Shown in pieces: positions 38,161 to 46,309 of a DNA stretch of 62,498 nucleotides. Below the pieces are notes generated by a model. That model saw only the letters and a program-made list of their open reading frames with translations. It was not told the origin of the DNA and made no database searches. The position numbers and the translations under genes were made by a program. The stretch spans positions 1 to 62,498 of IMG/VR virus record IMGVR_UViG_3300036846_000351; one strand, 5' to 3'. This stretch comes from a virus. Its lineage: Duplodnaviria > Caudoviricetes. Each line of letters opens with the position of its first letter. The stretch's first letter is position 1.

Positions 38161-40038
38161 ATGCCTTCACCCAAAGTGATTGCGTCTATTGCTCTTGCTT
38201 TGCTGGTCTCGGTGGGCGCCGATGCCCAAACGCAAACGCACCAACTGCGCGACACCACCGGCAAATGCCTGACCAATAGCCTCGCGCTGCTAACGTGCGA
38301 CGGAAGCCCGACGCAAAGCTGGTCCTATGAGGCGCAGCAGGCAGCCGCGCCGGTCGGTTTGTTCCCCACCGACGCCACGCCGGGGACAGTTGCCGAAAAT
38401 GATCCCCATGCTGTCGTGCTCGGAATGAAGTTTTTGGTGAACGCGGACGGGAAGATCAGCGGGCTGCGGTTCTACAAGAGCGCGCAGAACACCGGCACGC
38501 ATGTCGGCGATCTGTGGGATGCGCAAGGCAAGAACCTCGCCACAGTGACGTTTGCGAACGAGACCGCGAGCGGCTGGCAGAAGGCCGATTTTGCCACGCC
38601 GGTCAACATCACCGCCGGCACGACGTATACCGTCTCCTATCACACGACGACGGGGCATTACGCGGGCGACGAGGGATACTTTAACGCTGCCAAAACCAAT
38701 AACGGCATCACCGCCCCGGCAAACGCCGGGGTGTTTGTCTACGGGGCCAACGCCTACCCCAACGAAACATGGAACCACAGCAATTACTGGGTCGACGTTC
38801 AGTACAACCCTGGGGTATCGGTCCCGATCAACGGCGCGTGCGGCAGCGCCAACGGCGTCCCAGTTTCCAGCGCGCCCAGTCAGAACCTGTGCTCGGCTGG
38901 CACGGCCTCGGCGGTGACGGGGGCGGGACCGTGGAACTGGTCGTGCAATGGCTCGGGCGGCGGGACGAACGCATCGTGCAGCGCGCCAAAGGCAACGATA
39001 CCGCCAAGCCAGAGCACGCTGTTGCTCGGCGTGAATAGTCCATATGACACCAGCATCCAACCCCGCCCGATGTGGGTCGAGGGGCCGGACGGTCAGGGTT
39101 TCCAAGCGTGGACGATCCCCGAGGACTACGCCTACTGGGAAAAGTCGATTGGCTATCCGGCGGGCAGCATCGCCTCCAGCGGGGCCGGGATCGCGATGGA
39201 CCCCGACCCAAGCCGGGGTCCGTGGGACAATTACGAGGGCTCGGCCTGGACGATGGTGCAGTGGATGTACACCCAGGGGAGAGGGGCGGATAAGCTCTGG
39301 CTGAACATCCCGCCGTTCCCGCAGCACCTCGGCATGAAGCTGCCCGAAGTGGCAACCGGAGCCTACGACGAGCATTACCGCAAGGTCGCCGCGCAATTGA
39401 TGGACCACGGCTACGACAAGATTGTCTGGCGACCGATCTGGGAGTTCGAGGGCGGGTGGTACGAGTGGGGCTGGAAAAGCGGTCACCAGAACGGCCCCAC
39501 CTACTGCACCGATTACATCGCCGCGTTCCGGCGGATGGTGCAGGTCATTCGCTCAGTCATGCCGGAAGCCAAGTTTGCCTTTAACGCGGCGGACGGCACG
39601 ATCATGACCCCAAACAACGGCGCGCCCGAAGGATGGCAGGCGTGCTATCCCGGCGACGACGATACGGATTTTGTCGCGATCGACACGTATGATGGGCTGC
39701 GCAGCCGAACCACGCCCGCCGAGACGCGATGGCAGCAAGACCAAGTTCCCGGCATCCGCGACAGTCAGGCGTTGGCGTTGGCGCATCACAAGGGCTGGGC
39801 CGTGCCCGAATGGGCGCAGGGCGACATGGGCGATAACCCGCTCTACGTCAAAAACATGCACGATGCGGCGGTGGCGTTTATGGCGCACGGGTTGCCGGCG
39901 ATGCTCGGCTACTGGAACAGCGGCGATCCGGCGTCCGGTTATGCCGGCTATATGAACACCGACCACAACCCGCAAAGCTGGGCCGAGTTCACAAAGGACT
40001 TTCACGTCCAGAGGAAGGGGCGGATCATCTATCACTGA
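38161..40038 (+). CDS. Secreted multidomain GH26-like glycoside hydrolase
   Basis: Signal peptide; ricin-B-like fragment; DUF4082-like domain (VLGMKF...NYWVDV); Cys-rich repeat; WRPIWEFEGGWY, YPGDDDTDFVAIDTYD, AVPEW. Confidence 0.8.
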   Translation: MPSPKVIASIALALLVSVGADAQTQTHQLRDTTGKCLTNSLALLTCDGSPTQSWSYEAQQAAAPVGLFPTDATPGTVAENDPHAVVLGMKFLVNADGKISGLRFYKSAQNTGTHVGDLWDAQGKNLATVTFANETASGWQKADFATPVNITAGTTYTVSYHTTTGHYAGDEGYFNAAKTNNGITAPANAGVFVYGANAYPNETWNHSNYWVDVQYNPGVSVPINGACGSANGVPVSSAPSQNLCSAGTASAVTGAGPWNWSCNGSGGGTNASCSAPKATIPPSQSTLLLGVNSPYDTSIQPRPMWVEGPDGQGFQAWTIPEDYAYWEKSIGYPAGSIASSGAGIAMDPDPSRGPWDNYEGSAWTMVQWMYTQGRGADKLWLNIPPFPQHLGMKLPEVATGAYDEHYRKVAAQLMDHGYDKIVWRPIWEFEGGWYEWGWKSGHQNGPTYCTDYIAAFRRMVQVIRSVMPEAKFAFNAADGTIMTPNNGAPEGWQACYPGDDDTDFVAIDTYDGLRSRTTPAETRWQQDQVPGIRDSQALALAHHKGWAVPEWAQGDMGDNPLYVKNMHDAAVAFMAHGLPAMLGYWNSGDPASGYAGYMNTDHNPQSWAEFTKDFHVQRKGRIIYH

Positions 40039-40076
40039 CCTGCGCCGAGGGCAAAGACTATGACATCACCTAAGCC

Positions 40077-40313
40077 ATGAGCGACCAACAGCAACAACAC
40101 TCTGGCGTAATTGGTGCGGTGACTGACCTTGGTTCAAAGTTAGTCACCGCGCTTCCACCTGCGTTCATCATGCTCTGCTTGGTGAATGCGCTCTTCATTT
40201 TCGCAGTCCTCTATTTTTTGGACGACCAGCTCGACCAACGAACGGCGTTGGTGAAAGGTTTAGTCGATAAGTGTATGGACATCGCACTCCACGCGCCGCC
40301 GCCCCCACATTAG
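40077..40313 (+). CDS. Small membrane protein
   Basis: ALPPAFIMLCLVNALFIFAVLYFL transmembrane segment. Confidence 0.7.
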   Translation: MSDQQQQHSGVIGAVTDLGSKLVTALPPAFIMLCLVNALFIFAVLYFLDDQLDQRTALVKGLVDKCMDIALHAPPPPH

Positions 40314-40316
40314 GAG

Positions 40317-40640
40317 CTAAACTCGACGCTTCCTACGGCGCCGCTTGTTTGGCGGCGCCAACGTCACCCACATCTGGTTCCCAACCAATCCCCGAGCCAC
40401 CATCCGGGGGTAACCAAACTCGTCCATAATCTGGTTAATCTTATCGAGTTGCGACTGTACCTCCGCGATGCGTTTAGCGACATCATCGGGAGCAACGATC
40501 ATCTCAGCGCCGCATGCGTTGCACAACCACGCGTCTTCGTCGTCAACCGCGTGATCGGGAACGATGCGCCCATCTTCGAGGCGGCAGTACCAAAGCTGCC
40601 GCAGCGCCGCGCCGCAGTGGGGGCATCGTGGGTTTTCCAT
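40317..40640 (-). CDS. Zinc-ribbon protein with a basic tail
   Basis: CPHC...CNAC; GGAGG RBS. Confidence 0.7.
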   Translation of the reverse strand: MENPRCPHCGAALRQLWYCRLEDGRIVPDHAVDDEDAWLCNACGAEMIVAPDDVAKRIAEVQSQLDKINQIMDEFGYPRMVARGLVGNQMWVTLAPPNKRRRRKRRV

Positions 40641-40661
40641 CCTCCAAGTTTAGTACACGAA

Positions 40662-40695
40662 AAAACCGGGCACCACTACTGTAGTGCCCGGTTTT
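40662..40695. terminator. Hairpin with A/T flanks that contains the ACTAC palindrome
   Basis: AAAACCGGGCAC...GTGCCCGGTTTT, 12-bp stem. Confidence 0.6.
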
Positions 40696-40933
40696 AGTTT
40701 GTTCACCACCACGAAACGATGAACCAACCCAACCATACTGCACGCTGCTCGACTTTCGTCTCCGCTCGTGCAGGTAGTCGCGGACAGCCATGGAGCTTCA
40801 AGAGCCATCCCACTACTGACGGAGTTTTTCCGGCACCGCCCGTCTAACCCGGCCTAGACCCATACTGCTCGATGCTCGACTTTCGTCTCCGCTCTCGCAG
40901 GGTGGTACTAGGCAAGAAGAGAGTCTACCAGAT

Positions 40934-41391
40934 TTAGGAGCTTCTGGCTACCCGGCGTCTTTTAGAGCGATGACCCACAACCCGACGGGCAACTTCAGCC
41001 CTGGTGACGCCTTCTGCCAACAGTAGCTGTGCTTTTTCGTATGCTGTCCAAAGGTCCTCCGAAGGCTCGATAAAGCGGTGGGTTATGACCGACTGCCGCT
41101 GCTTCACAAACCCCTGCGTCGTCTCGATCACGACCTTGATCAGCCTCTGTGCCCGGCGCTGCGAGATGGCGCGGTCGACAAGCGGCAGTGACACATCGAG
41201 GTGCTTCGCCACCGCCGGTCGGGTGGGCCAGGGCGTGCGGTCCTTGTGTAGCTTGCAGACGAGGATCAGCAGCTTTGCCGACGCCTCGGGGCGACGTTGC
41301 GATTTCTCTCGTGACAAAAGGAAGTCGACCATCGCGTCGATCTCGACGGGATCGATCGGCGGCAGCGGCGCGTCCCCTGCCGGCTGCGCCA
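40934..41391 (-). CDS. Winged-HTH DNA-binding protein (start uncertain)
   Basis: WPTRPAVAKHLDVSLPLVDRAISQ...RLIKV. Confidence 0.6.
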
Positions 41392-41681
41392 AGACAGAAC
41401 TTATCACCTCAGAAGCTCCAGAGCCCAGTTTAATTATGAGGTTTATATTATAACCCCAGCCCAATAAACCATGGAAATCTCTAGGGGTTCCTACCTGCGA
41501 CAATTAACAACTGACCCTATGGTATATAGATCGTATTTAAGATTTTTCCTATTTTGCCTTACAAAACAACAACCCAGGGGTAGGAATGCCATACTGCCGT
41601 AATCTTATGCTAGTAACGTTTGCTTAACGATCGCGTCATCTATGTGTCATATGCGACGATCCGCCGCACACTTAAAGTTGA

Positions 41682-41903
41682 TTACGCCGCCTGTATTTCT
41701 AGTGGATGTTTACAATACGATGCAGCGCTGAGCTGCTCGACGCGAGCGCGATCCTTTTGGTGCTGCTCGTAGCCGCGTACCCACGCACTGTATAAAACAA
41801 AGTCGTCGCGGCGCCTGTCGAGCGGACAATGCTCGATCGAGGGGGCGCGGTAGCCCATCTGGTAATAGTGTTTTTTCAGTTCATCAAGCCGCCACGTCTC
41901 CAT
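41682..41903 (-). CDS. Hypothetical protein
   Basis: AAGGAGG RBS; CP...W.RGY motif. Confidence 0.6.
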   Translation of the reverse strand: METWRLDELKKHYYQMGYRAPSIEHCPLDRRRDDFVLYSAWVRGYEQHQKDRARVEQLSAASYCKHPLEIQAA

Positions 41904-42582
41904 GGTTTGTCACCTCCTTTACAGTGTCAGGAAGTCGTCCTGACATGTCACGAAAGCGAATGACACACGTATCCAGGCTACCATCGTCGTTGAGCTTCAC
42001 CTCGACGATGGTGCCACCATAAACCAGTGGCGGGTTGCGGGTGTTGGGCGGGGCGGAGAACACCCCGACCGTGCCGATAAATGCCCTATCATGGTCGTAG
42101 TATTTACAGCTTACCCGGCGCGCGCCGCCGACCAGCGTGATCGCCGGAGGTTGCATGGCGTGGAGAGTATCTCGAATGAAGGTCTTAAATTTCAGGTGGG
42201 GGCTACGGAGCAGGAGAAGATCAGTCGAGCAGCTCGCGAGGACGCTAGACCCCCTGTGAGCCCCGTGGGTGAGCTTTAGCGTGGGGCCGGTCCCAACCAC
42301 GTCGTCTCGACGATTGCCGCACAGGCGCGGCTCCAGCGCCGGCAGAAGGCCAAGCCCCAGCTCGTAGGTGGTGATGCCCTCGACCTGGGGGTATGCGATG
42401 GGGGGCTCGACCCCTAGCCCCACAGCGCCGCCGAGGTGGAGGACCGTGGAGATGCCCAGGTCGGGCAGGCCCCGCAAGAACCACTCAAGGTCCTCAGGCC
42501 GGGCGGTGCGCGACCCCAGCCAAGTGTCGGAGATCGCGGCAAAGCGTAGAAAACCTTGGCTGTCGGTAGCCAGGGACGGCAT
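41884..42582 (-). CDS. Degenerate calcineurin-like metallophosphoesterase
   Basis: FAAISDTWLGS, VLHLGG, LTHG, LVGGAR, GGTIVEV follow the fold pattern. Confidence 0.6.
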   Translation of the reverse strand: MPSLATDSQGFLRFAAISDTWLGSRTARPEDLEWFLRGLPDLGISTVLHLGGAVGLGVEPPIAYPQVEGITTYELGLGLLPALEPRLCGNRRDDVVGTGPTLKLTHGAHRGSSVLASCSTDLLLLRSPHLKFKTFIRDTLHAMQPPAITLVGGARRVSCKYYDHDRAFIGTVGVFSAPPNTRNPPLVYGGTIVEVKLNDDGSLDTCVIRFRDMSGRLPDTVKEVTNHGDVAA

Positions 42583-42907
42583 GGGGGAGTCCCTGTTGGA
42601 GTGGATTTAGTGAACTTTAGGAGTCGCGGGGAGAGGGGGCAAGAGCTAAAATATCAGGGTTGTATGTTAACGAAGATTAATTTCGCTGTAGGTGCTTCGC
42701 GTCTACGCGCCTCAGGTGGCGGCGGGTGGTGGGGTGGGGGCCATGGACAGCCTCCCCTCCCCTGGCCCCCTGCCGAGGTGGTGCCAACGCGCGCGTGCGA
42801 CGCGACGGCAAACCGGTCGAGCCGAGCCGAAACTACCAGTAGTGGACGCCAGTAAATCAGCTTGGCCGGTAGTGGACATCCCGTCCCTCATACACATGGA
42901 GCATGAC

Positions 42908-43822
42908 ATGCCTGCCAAGACGCCCAAGACACTCCCGAACACGACTGCACAGGTTGTGCAGGCGGTCCCACACCGCGATCTCGTTGCGGCGCAAGCCGCG
43001 TTCGACGCGATCATCCCACGCTTCACCGCAGCGCGTAGCGACGTGGACGACGCCAGAACGGCGCTCGACGCTGCCAACGCCAGCGAAAACGGCGTTCGTG
43101 GCGATATCCTGATCGAACTCGCCAAAGCCAGCATTGCCGGCGATTGGTCGTTTGAGCACGCTCAGATGGGCGTCAAGGCGTCACTGAAGGCGTATGAGGC
43201 GACGCACAATACGCTCCCGAGCACGCTCACCACGTTCGCTGCCGAGTGCTACCGCGCCATCCACCCGAAAGCGCGGGATCACGTCGAAAGCGCGTTTAGC
43301 GACGCGGCGGAAGCCTGGGAAGCGGAAGGCGCTAGGATCAAAGCGGCGCAAGCCAGCGCTTTGGCAGCGAAAACCAAATACATCGCCGATCCCGAGGAAA
43401 CGCCACTACGCGAAGCGTTCAAGCGCAAGTATCACATGGTCGCAGGTACGAACGGCATGCTCGCCGCCCATGCAAGCAACGATGATGAGCGCAACATGCT
43501 GGCGAACGATCCCGTCATGCTCGCCGATACGATCGTGGGCAGCGAGAAGCGCGACGAAAAGCGCGCTGCCCGTGCCATCGCCAAGGTCGTTGCCACCATC
43601 GAAGATGTGGCGAATGAGTTTCCGTCACCGCGATGGGATACGGTAGTGAAATTCCTTGGCGGTCTGAACGCGAAAACGCTCGTGGCGTTCCGCGATGCCC
43701 AAGTGCGCCAACAGCGCATGGAACAGCGCGAGCGTCCCGCAAAGCGCAATGCGTCACCAGCACCCGCAAGCGTCACTGCCGACGCGGTGAATGCCGCTAG
43801 CGACGATTTGCTGGCAGAATAG
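42908..43822 (+). CDS. Ala-rich helical protein, probably early
   Basis: GGAG RBS; first gene after the strand switch; followed by a terminator. Confidence 0.8.
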   Translation: MPAKTPKTLPNTTAQVVQAVPHRDLVAAQAAFDAIIPRFTAARSDVDDARTALDAANASENGVRGDILIELAKASIAGDWSFEHAQMGVKASLKAYEATHNTLPSTLTTFAAECYRAIHPKARDHVESAFSDAAEAWEAEGARIKAAQASALAAKTKYIADPEETPLREAFKRKYHMVAGTNGMLAAHASNDDERNMLANDPVMLADTIVGSEKRDEKRAARAIAKVVATIEDVANEFPSPRWDTVVKFLGGLNAKTLVAFRDAQVRQQRMEQRERPAKRNASPAPASVTADAVNAASDDLLAE

Positions 43823-43838
43823 CACTCTACACACTCAC

Positions 43839-43871
43839 AAACCCGCGATGCCAGCGCATCGCGGGTTTTTT
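43839..43871 (+). terminator. Intrinsic terminator
   Basis: ACCCGCGATGC-cagc-GCATCGCGGGT followed by a T run. Confidence 0.9.
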
Positions 43872-43899
43872 CTTGCGCGCGCGACGCCTAACGCCAGGC

Positions 43900-44450
43900 T
43901 TTGCCTCGCTTGACTGTAGGCCGTATAGTAGGCTAGACGCCACATTACCGTCTAACCCATTGATTTCAATAGAGAATACGATGATGTCGTATCCGTCGAA
44001 CAGGCATTTAACGCTATTAACAACAGAAAATCTCGAATTGCCCACAGCGCGCGGGTCTCGACTGTTGTTAATTATCTCGACCAAACCGTTGAAACACCTA
44101 TATATAATTATATTAAAAACAATAACAACAATAAACACATGCTTTTCGACAAGACGCTTATGGCCGGGCCTACGCATTGCGAGTGATGTGAATTTTAGAG
44201 TTAGACGTATGTAGGCCGTTCTTGAAAATCGTGTGTTTATTGTTGTTAATTTGTTTATTCCTATAACATCAACGGCTTAGCGTTGTTGATAATAGCCAAA
44301 AAACCGTGGTTAACAACAATACGACGCCACGTCGTACCGACATGCGAGCCCATTTCGCATCAAAACCCCCCTAAAACGCTATTCTCAGCAATCACCATTA
44401 TCAAAACAGCATCACTTCGCGCTGAAAAGCGATGCACTTTGACTACTGGT
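43900..44450. other. AT-rich non-coding region with repeats (candidate replication origin)
   Basis: TAACAACA in both orientations; 16-bp inverted repeat 44123-44138/44233-44248. Confidence 0.5.
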
Positions 44451-44490
44451 AGTGATAATATGGCGTTCGTATTTTTTAAGGAGGCTCAAA

Positions 44491-44694
44491 GTGCATCGTT
44501 TTTACCTCACGTTGGCGCCAAAACTGGAACGCCATCTACGTGACACGAAGCTTGCCACCGGCGACGTGGCTCCGTTTTCGCGCTTCCTCGTGCGCCTGAT
44601 CGAGCTTGGCTTAGAGCAGCTCGACGCAAAATTCTACGCGGAACTCGTAGAACTAGCCCAAATCGAGGACGACATGCACGATACGCGTGAGTAA
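44491..44694 (+). CDS. Ribbon-helix-helix-like DNA-binding protein
   Basis: AAGGAGG RBS and GTG; HRFYLTLAPKLERHL...FSRFLVRLIELGL. Confidence 0.6.
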   Translation: MHRFYLTLAPKLERHLRDTKLATGDVAPFSRFLVRLIELGLEQLDAKFYAELVELAQIEDDMHDTRE

Positions 44695-44732
44695 TAACAC
44701 GTCTAACAGGCAAGACTAGCAAACTAATAAAT

Positions 44733-44761
44733 TTGACATCGGTCGAGAATTATTGTACGAT
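44733..44761 (+). promoter_or_regulatory. Sigma70-type promoter
   Basis: TTGACA-N17-TACGAT with an AT-rich UP region. Confidence 0.8.
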
Positions 44762-44817
44762 CAAAATAAAAACGTCGCGTTACATAAGCATCACCCAAGC
44801 ATGGAGCAAGTACACAC

Positions 44818-45009
44818 ATGAGTAATACACGAGACATTACCAACGGCGACTTGTGGTCCGCAATCCGAGGGCTCGGATTGTACGGCATGACCCGCGACGA
44901 GCTTCTTATGCTCGCGGAGACCTATGAAGCCAACCCGCTGTTCTGCGGTCGCGTTATCGCGGTTGCCGCACGCCAGGTCGCGGCGACAAAGCGTGGCTGC
45001 GAGCAGTAA
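44818..45009 (+). CDS. Hypothetical protein
   Basis: GGAG upstream; follows the promoter. Confidence 0.6.
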   Translation: MSNTRDITNGDLWSAIRGLGLYGMTRDELLMLAETYEANPLFCGRVIAVAARQVAATKRGCEQ

Positions 45010-45049
45010 ACTTCACCCAACGCTCTGTCACTACCAATAACTACCCGTA

Positions 45050-45268
45050 GTGACAGAGCTTCAACATTGGAGCTTCAACGTGAGACAAAAACTGACCAAG
45101 GACCAGCAGGTCGCGATCAAGCGCTTGCATGAGCGCAGCGCCGACGGCGCGGCGTCGTACCTGCAATTTCGCAGACGCGCGTACTATTCCAGCCTCATGG
45201 GCTGCGTGATGCTCACCTGGCACAATATGACCGTCGGCATCGAGACCGACGGCTACACCCACTCGTGA
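45050..45268 (+). CDS. Hypothetical phage protein (start probably about 45080)
   Basis: Ends W..M.VGIETDGYTHS. Confidence 0.7.
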   Translation: MTELQHWSFNVRQKLTKDQQVAIKRLHERSADGAASYLQFRRRAYYSSLMGCVMLTWHNMTVGIETDGYTHS

Positions 45269-45277
45269 GGTTAGGCG

Positions 45278-45637
45278 ATGTGTAAAATCTTGTTTGTCGG
45301 CGCGATGCTGGCATCCCTCGCGTGTGTCGCACAGGCACCAGCGCGCGCTGATCGGCTGCGCGACATGCAGTGGCAACTCGACGATATTCAACGCCAGATC
45401 GAGGACCAGCAGCTCGAACGCGAGGACGCCGACATGATGTTGCGCATGCGGATCGAGAGCCTGCGGTCTGAGCGCGAGATAGAGATCGAGGAAGATCGTT
45501 TAGAGCGCGACATACAGGCCGGCAGGTGCTGCGCGGCGTTGCCCGAGGTGCCGCCTGAGATCAGGCAGCTTCAGCTCCACCCACCGGCGCCTGACCCAAG
45601 CCGCTGGAATAACGCAACTTCGTTCGGCGCAAAGTAA
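45278..45637 (+). CDS. Exported coiled-coil protein
   Basis: Signal peptide MCKILFVGAMLASLACVAQAPARA. Confidence 0.6.
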   Translation: MCKILFVGAMLASLACVAQAPARADRLRDMQWQLDDIQRQIEDQQLEREDADMMLRMRIESLRSEREIEIEEDRLERDIQAGRCCAALPEVPPEIRQLQLHPPAPDPSRWNNATSFGAK

Positions 45638-45648
45638 GGTGTGCTATA

Positions 45649-45876
45649 ATGCCGGAGGATGCGATGAGCGCAGACATGACCGACGACGATAATCTTAAGC
45701 GTGAGCTGCTGCGGCTCGACGTGCTGTTGCGCCGCAAGCAAGCCTGGTGGGAGCACCCACGCAACGCCGCTGTTATATTAGGCGTTGCTGTCGCTGCCGC
45801 TGGGTTGCTGGGCTACAAGATCGGTGCCACACCACCGGCACCGATCATCATCCATCTCGATCATGCCCCAACCTAA
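45649..45876 (+). CDS. Small membrane protein
   Basis: One transmembrane segment. Confidence 0.6.
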   Translation: MPEDAMSADMTDDDNLKRELLRLDVLLRRKQAWWEHPRNAAVILGVAVAAAGLLGYKIGATPPAPIIIHLDHAPT

Positions 45877-46075
45877 CCCCATCGCCACCGCCCTCCGGGC
45901 GTTCCTACGAGAACACCCGGAGGGTGTGCGCGAGCGCGTGCTGATCATAGCCTTTGTCGAGTTGGCCGGTCAGTCACGCGAGGACTATGATCGTGTGATG
46001 CGATCATTCTTCAACGCCGGTTGGATTTGGCGCGACGCCGACGGTTTGATCAAACCAAACGACTCCATCCTCTAG
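45863..46075 (+). CDS. Small winged-helix-like protein
   Basis: Overlapping ATG; ends just before a terminator. Confidence 0.5.
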   Translation: MPQPNPIATALRAFLREHPEGVRERVLIIAFVELAGQSREDYDRVMRSFFNAGWIWRDADGLIKPNDSIL

Positions 46076-46102
46076 CAATCCTCAACAATCGTCGAGAATA
46101 CG

Positions 46103-46137
46103 CCCGCCCGGCACCCAGCCGAGGCGGGTTTATTTTT
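46103..46137 (+). terminator. Probable intrinsic terminator
   Basis: CCCGCC-CGGC...GCCG-A-GGCGGG followed by TTTATTTTT. Confidence 0.65.
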
Positions 46138-46154
46138 GGCGTAAATTTATTTTG

Positions 46155-46183
46155 TTGACCTCATAGTATGAGGGTGATATGCT
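46155..46183 (+). promoter_or_regulatory. Sigma70 promoter with a palindromic operator in the spacer
   Basis: TTGACC-N17-TATGCT with TGn; CCTCATAgTATGAGG at 46159-46173. Confidence 0.8.
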
Positions 46184-46309
46184 TATGATCCCGTAACCTA
46201 CTGAAAAGGTTGATGAAAACGCCGCCGCACGAGCGGCTTGCGAGACCGTCCCTTCCGGCAGCGATACTGCCGCCGGTCAACCTTCAATACTACTCGTAGT
46301 GGAGCTACT

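Noticed and set aside
38290-39486. 398-aa minus-strand ORF
   Set aside because: Antisense to the glycoside hydrolase, Arg/Val-rich shadow composition
40733-40901. Mini CRISPR array
   Set aside because: Only two 42-bp copies, an 85-bp spacer and no cas operon
43827-44543. ORFs in the AT-rich block
   Set aside because: No RBS, aberrant codon usage, sequence dictated by DNA repeats
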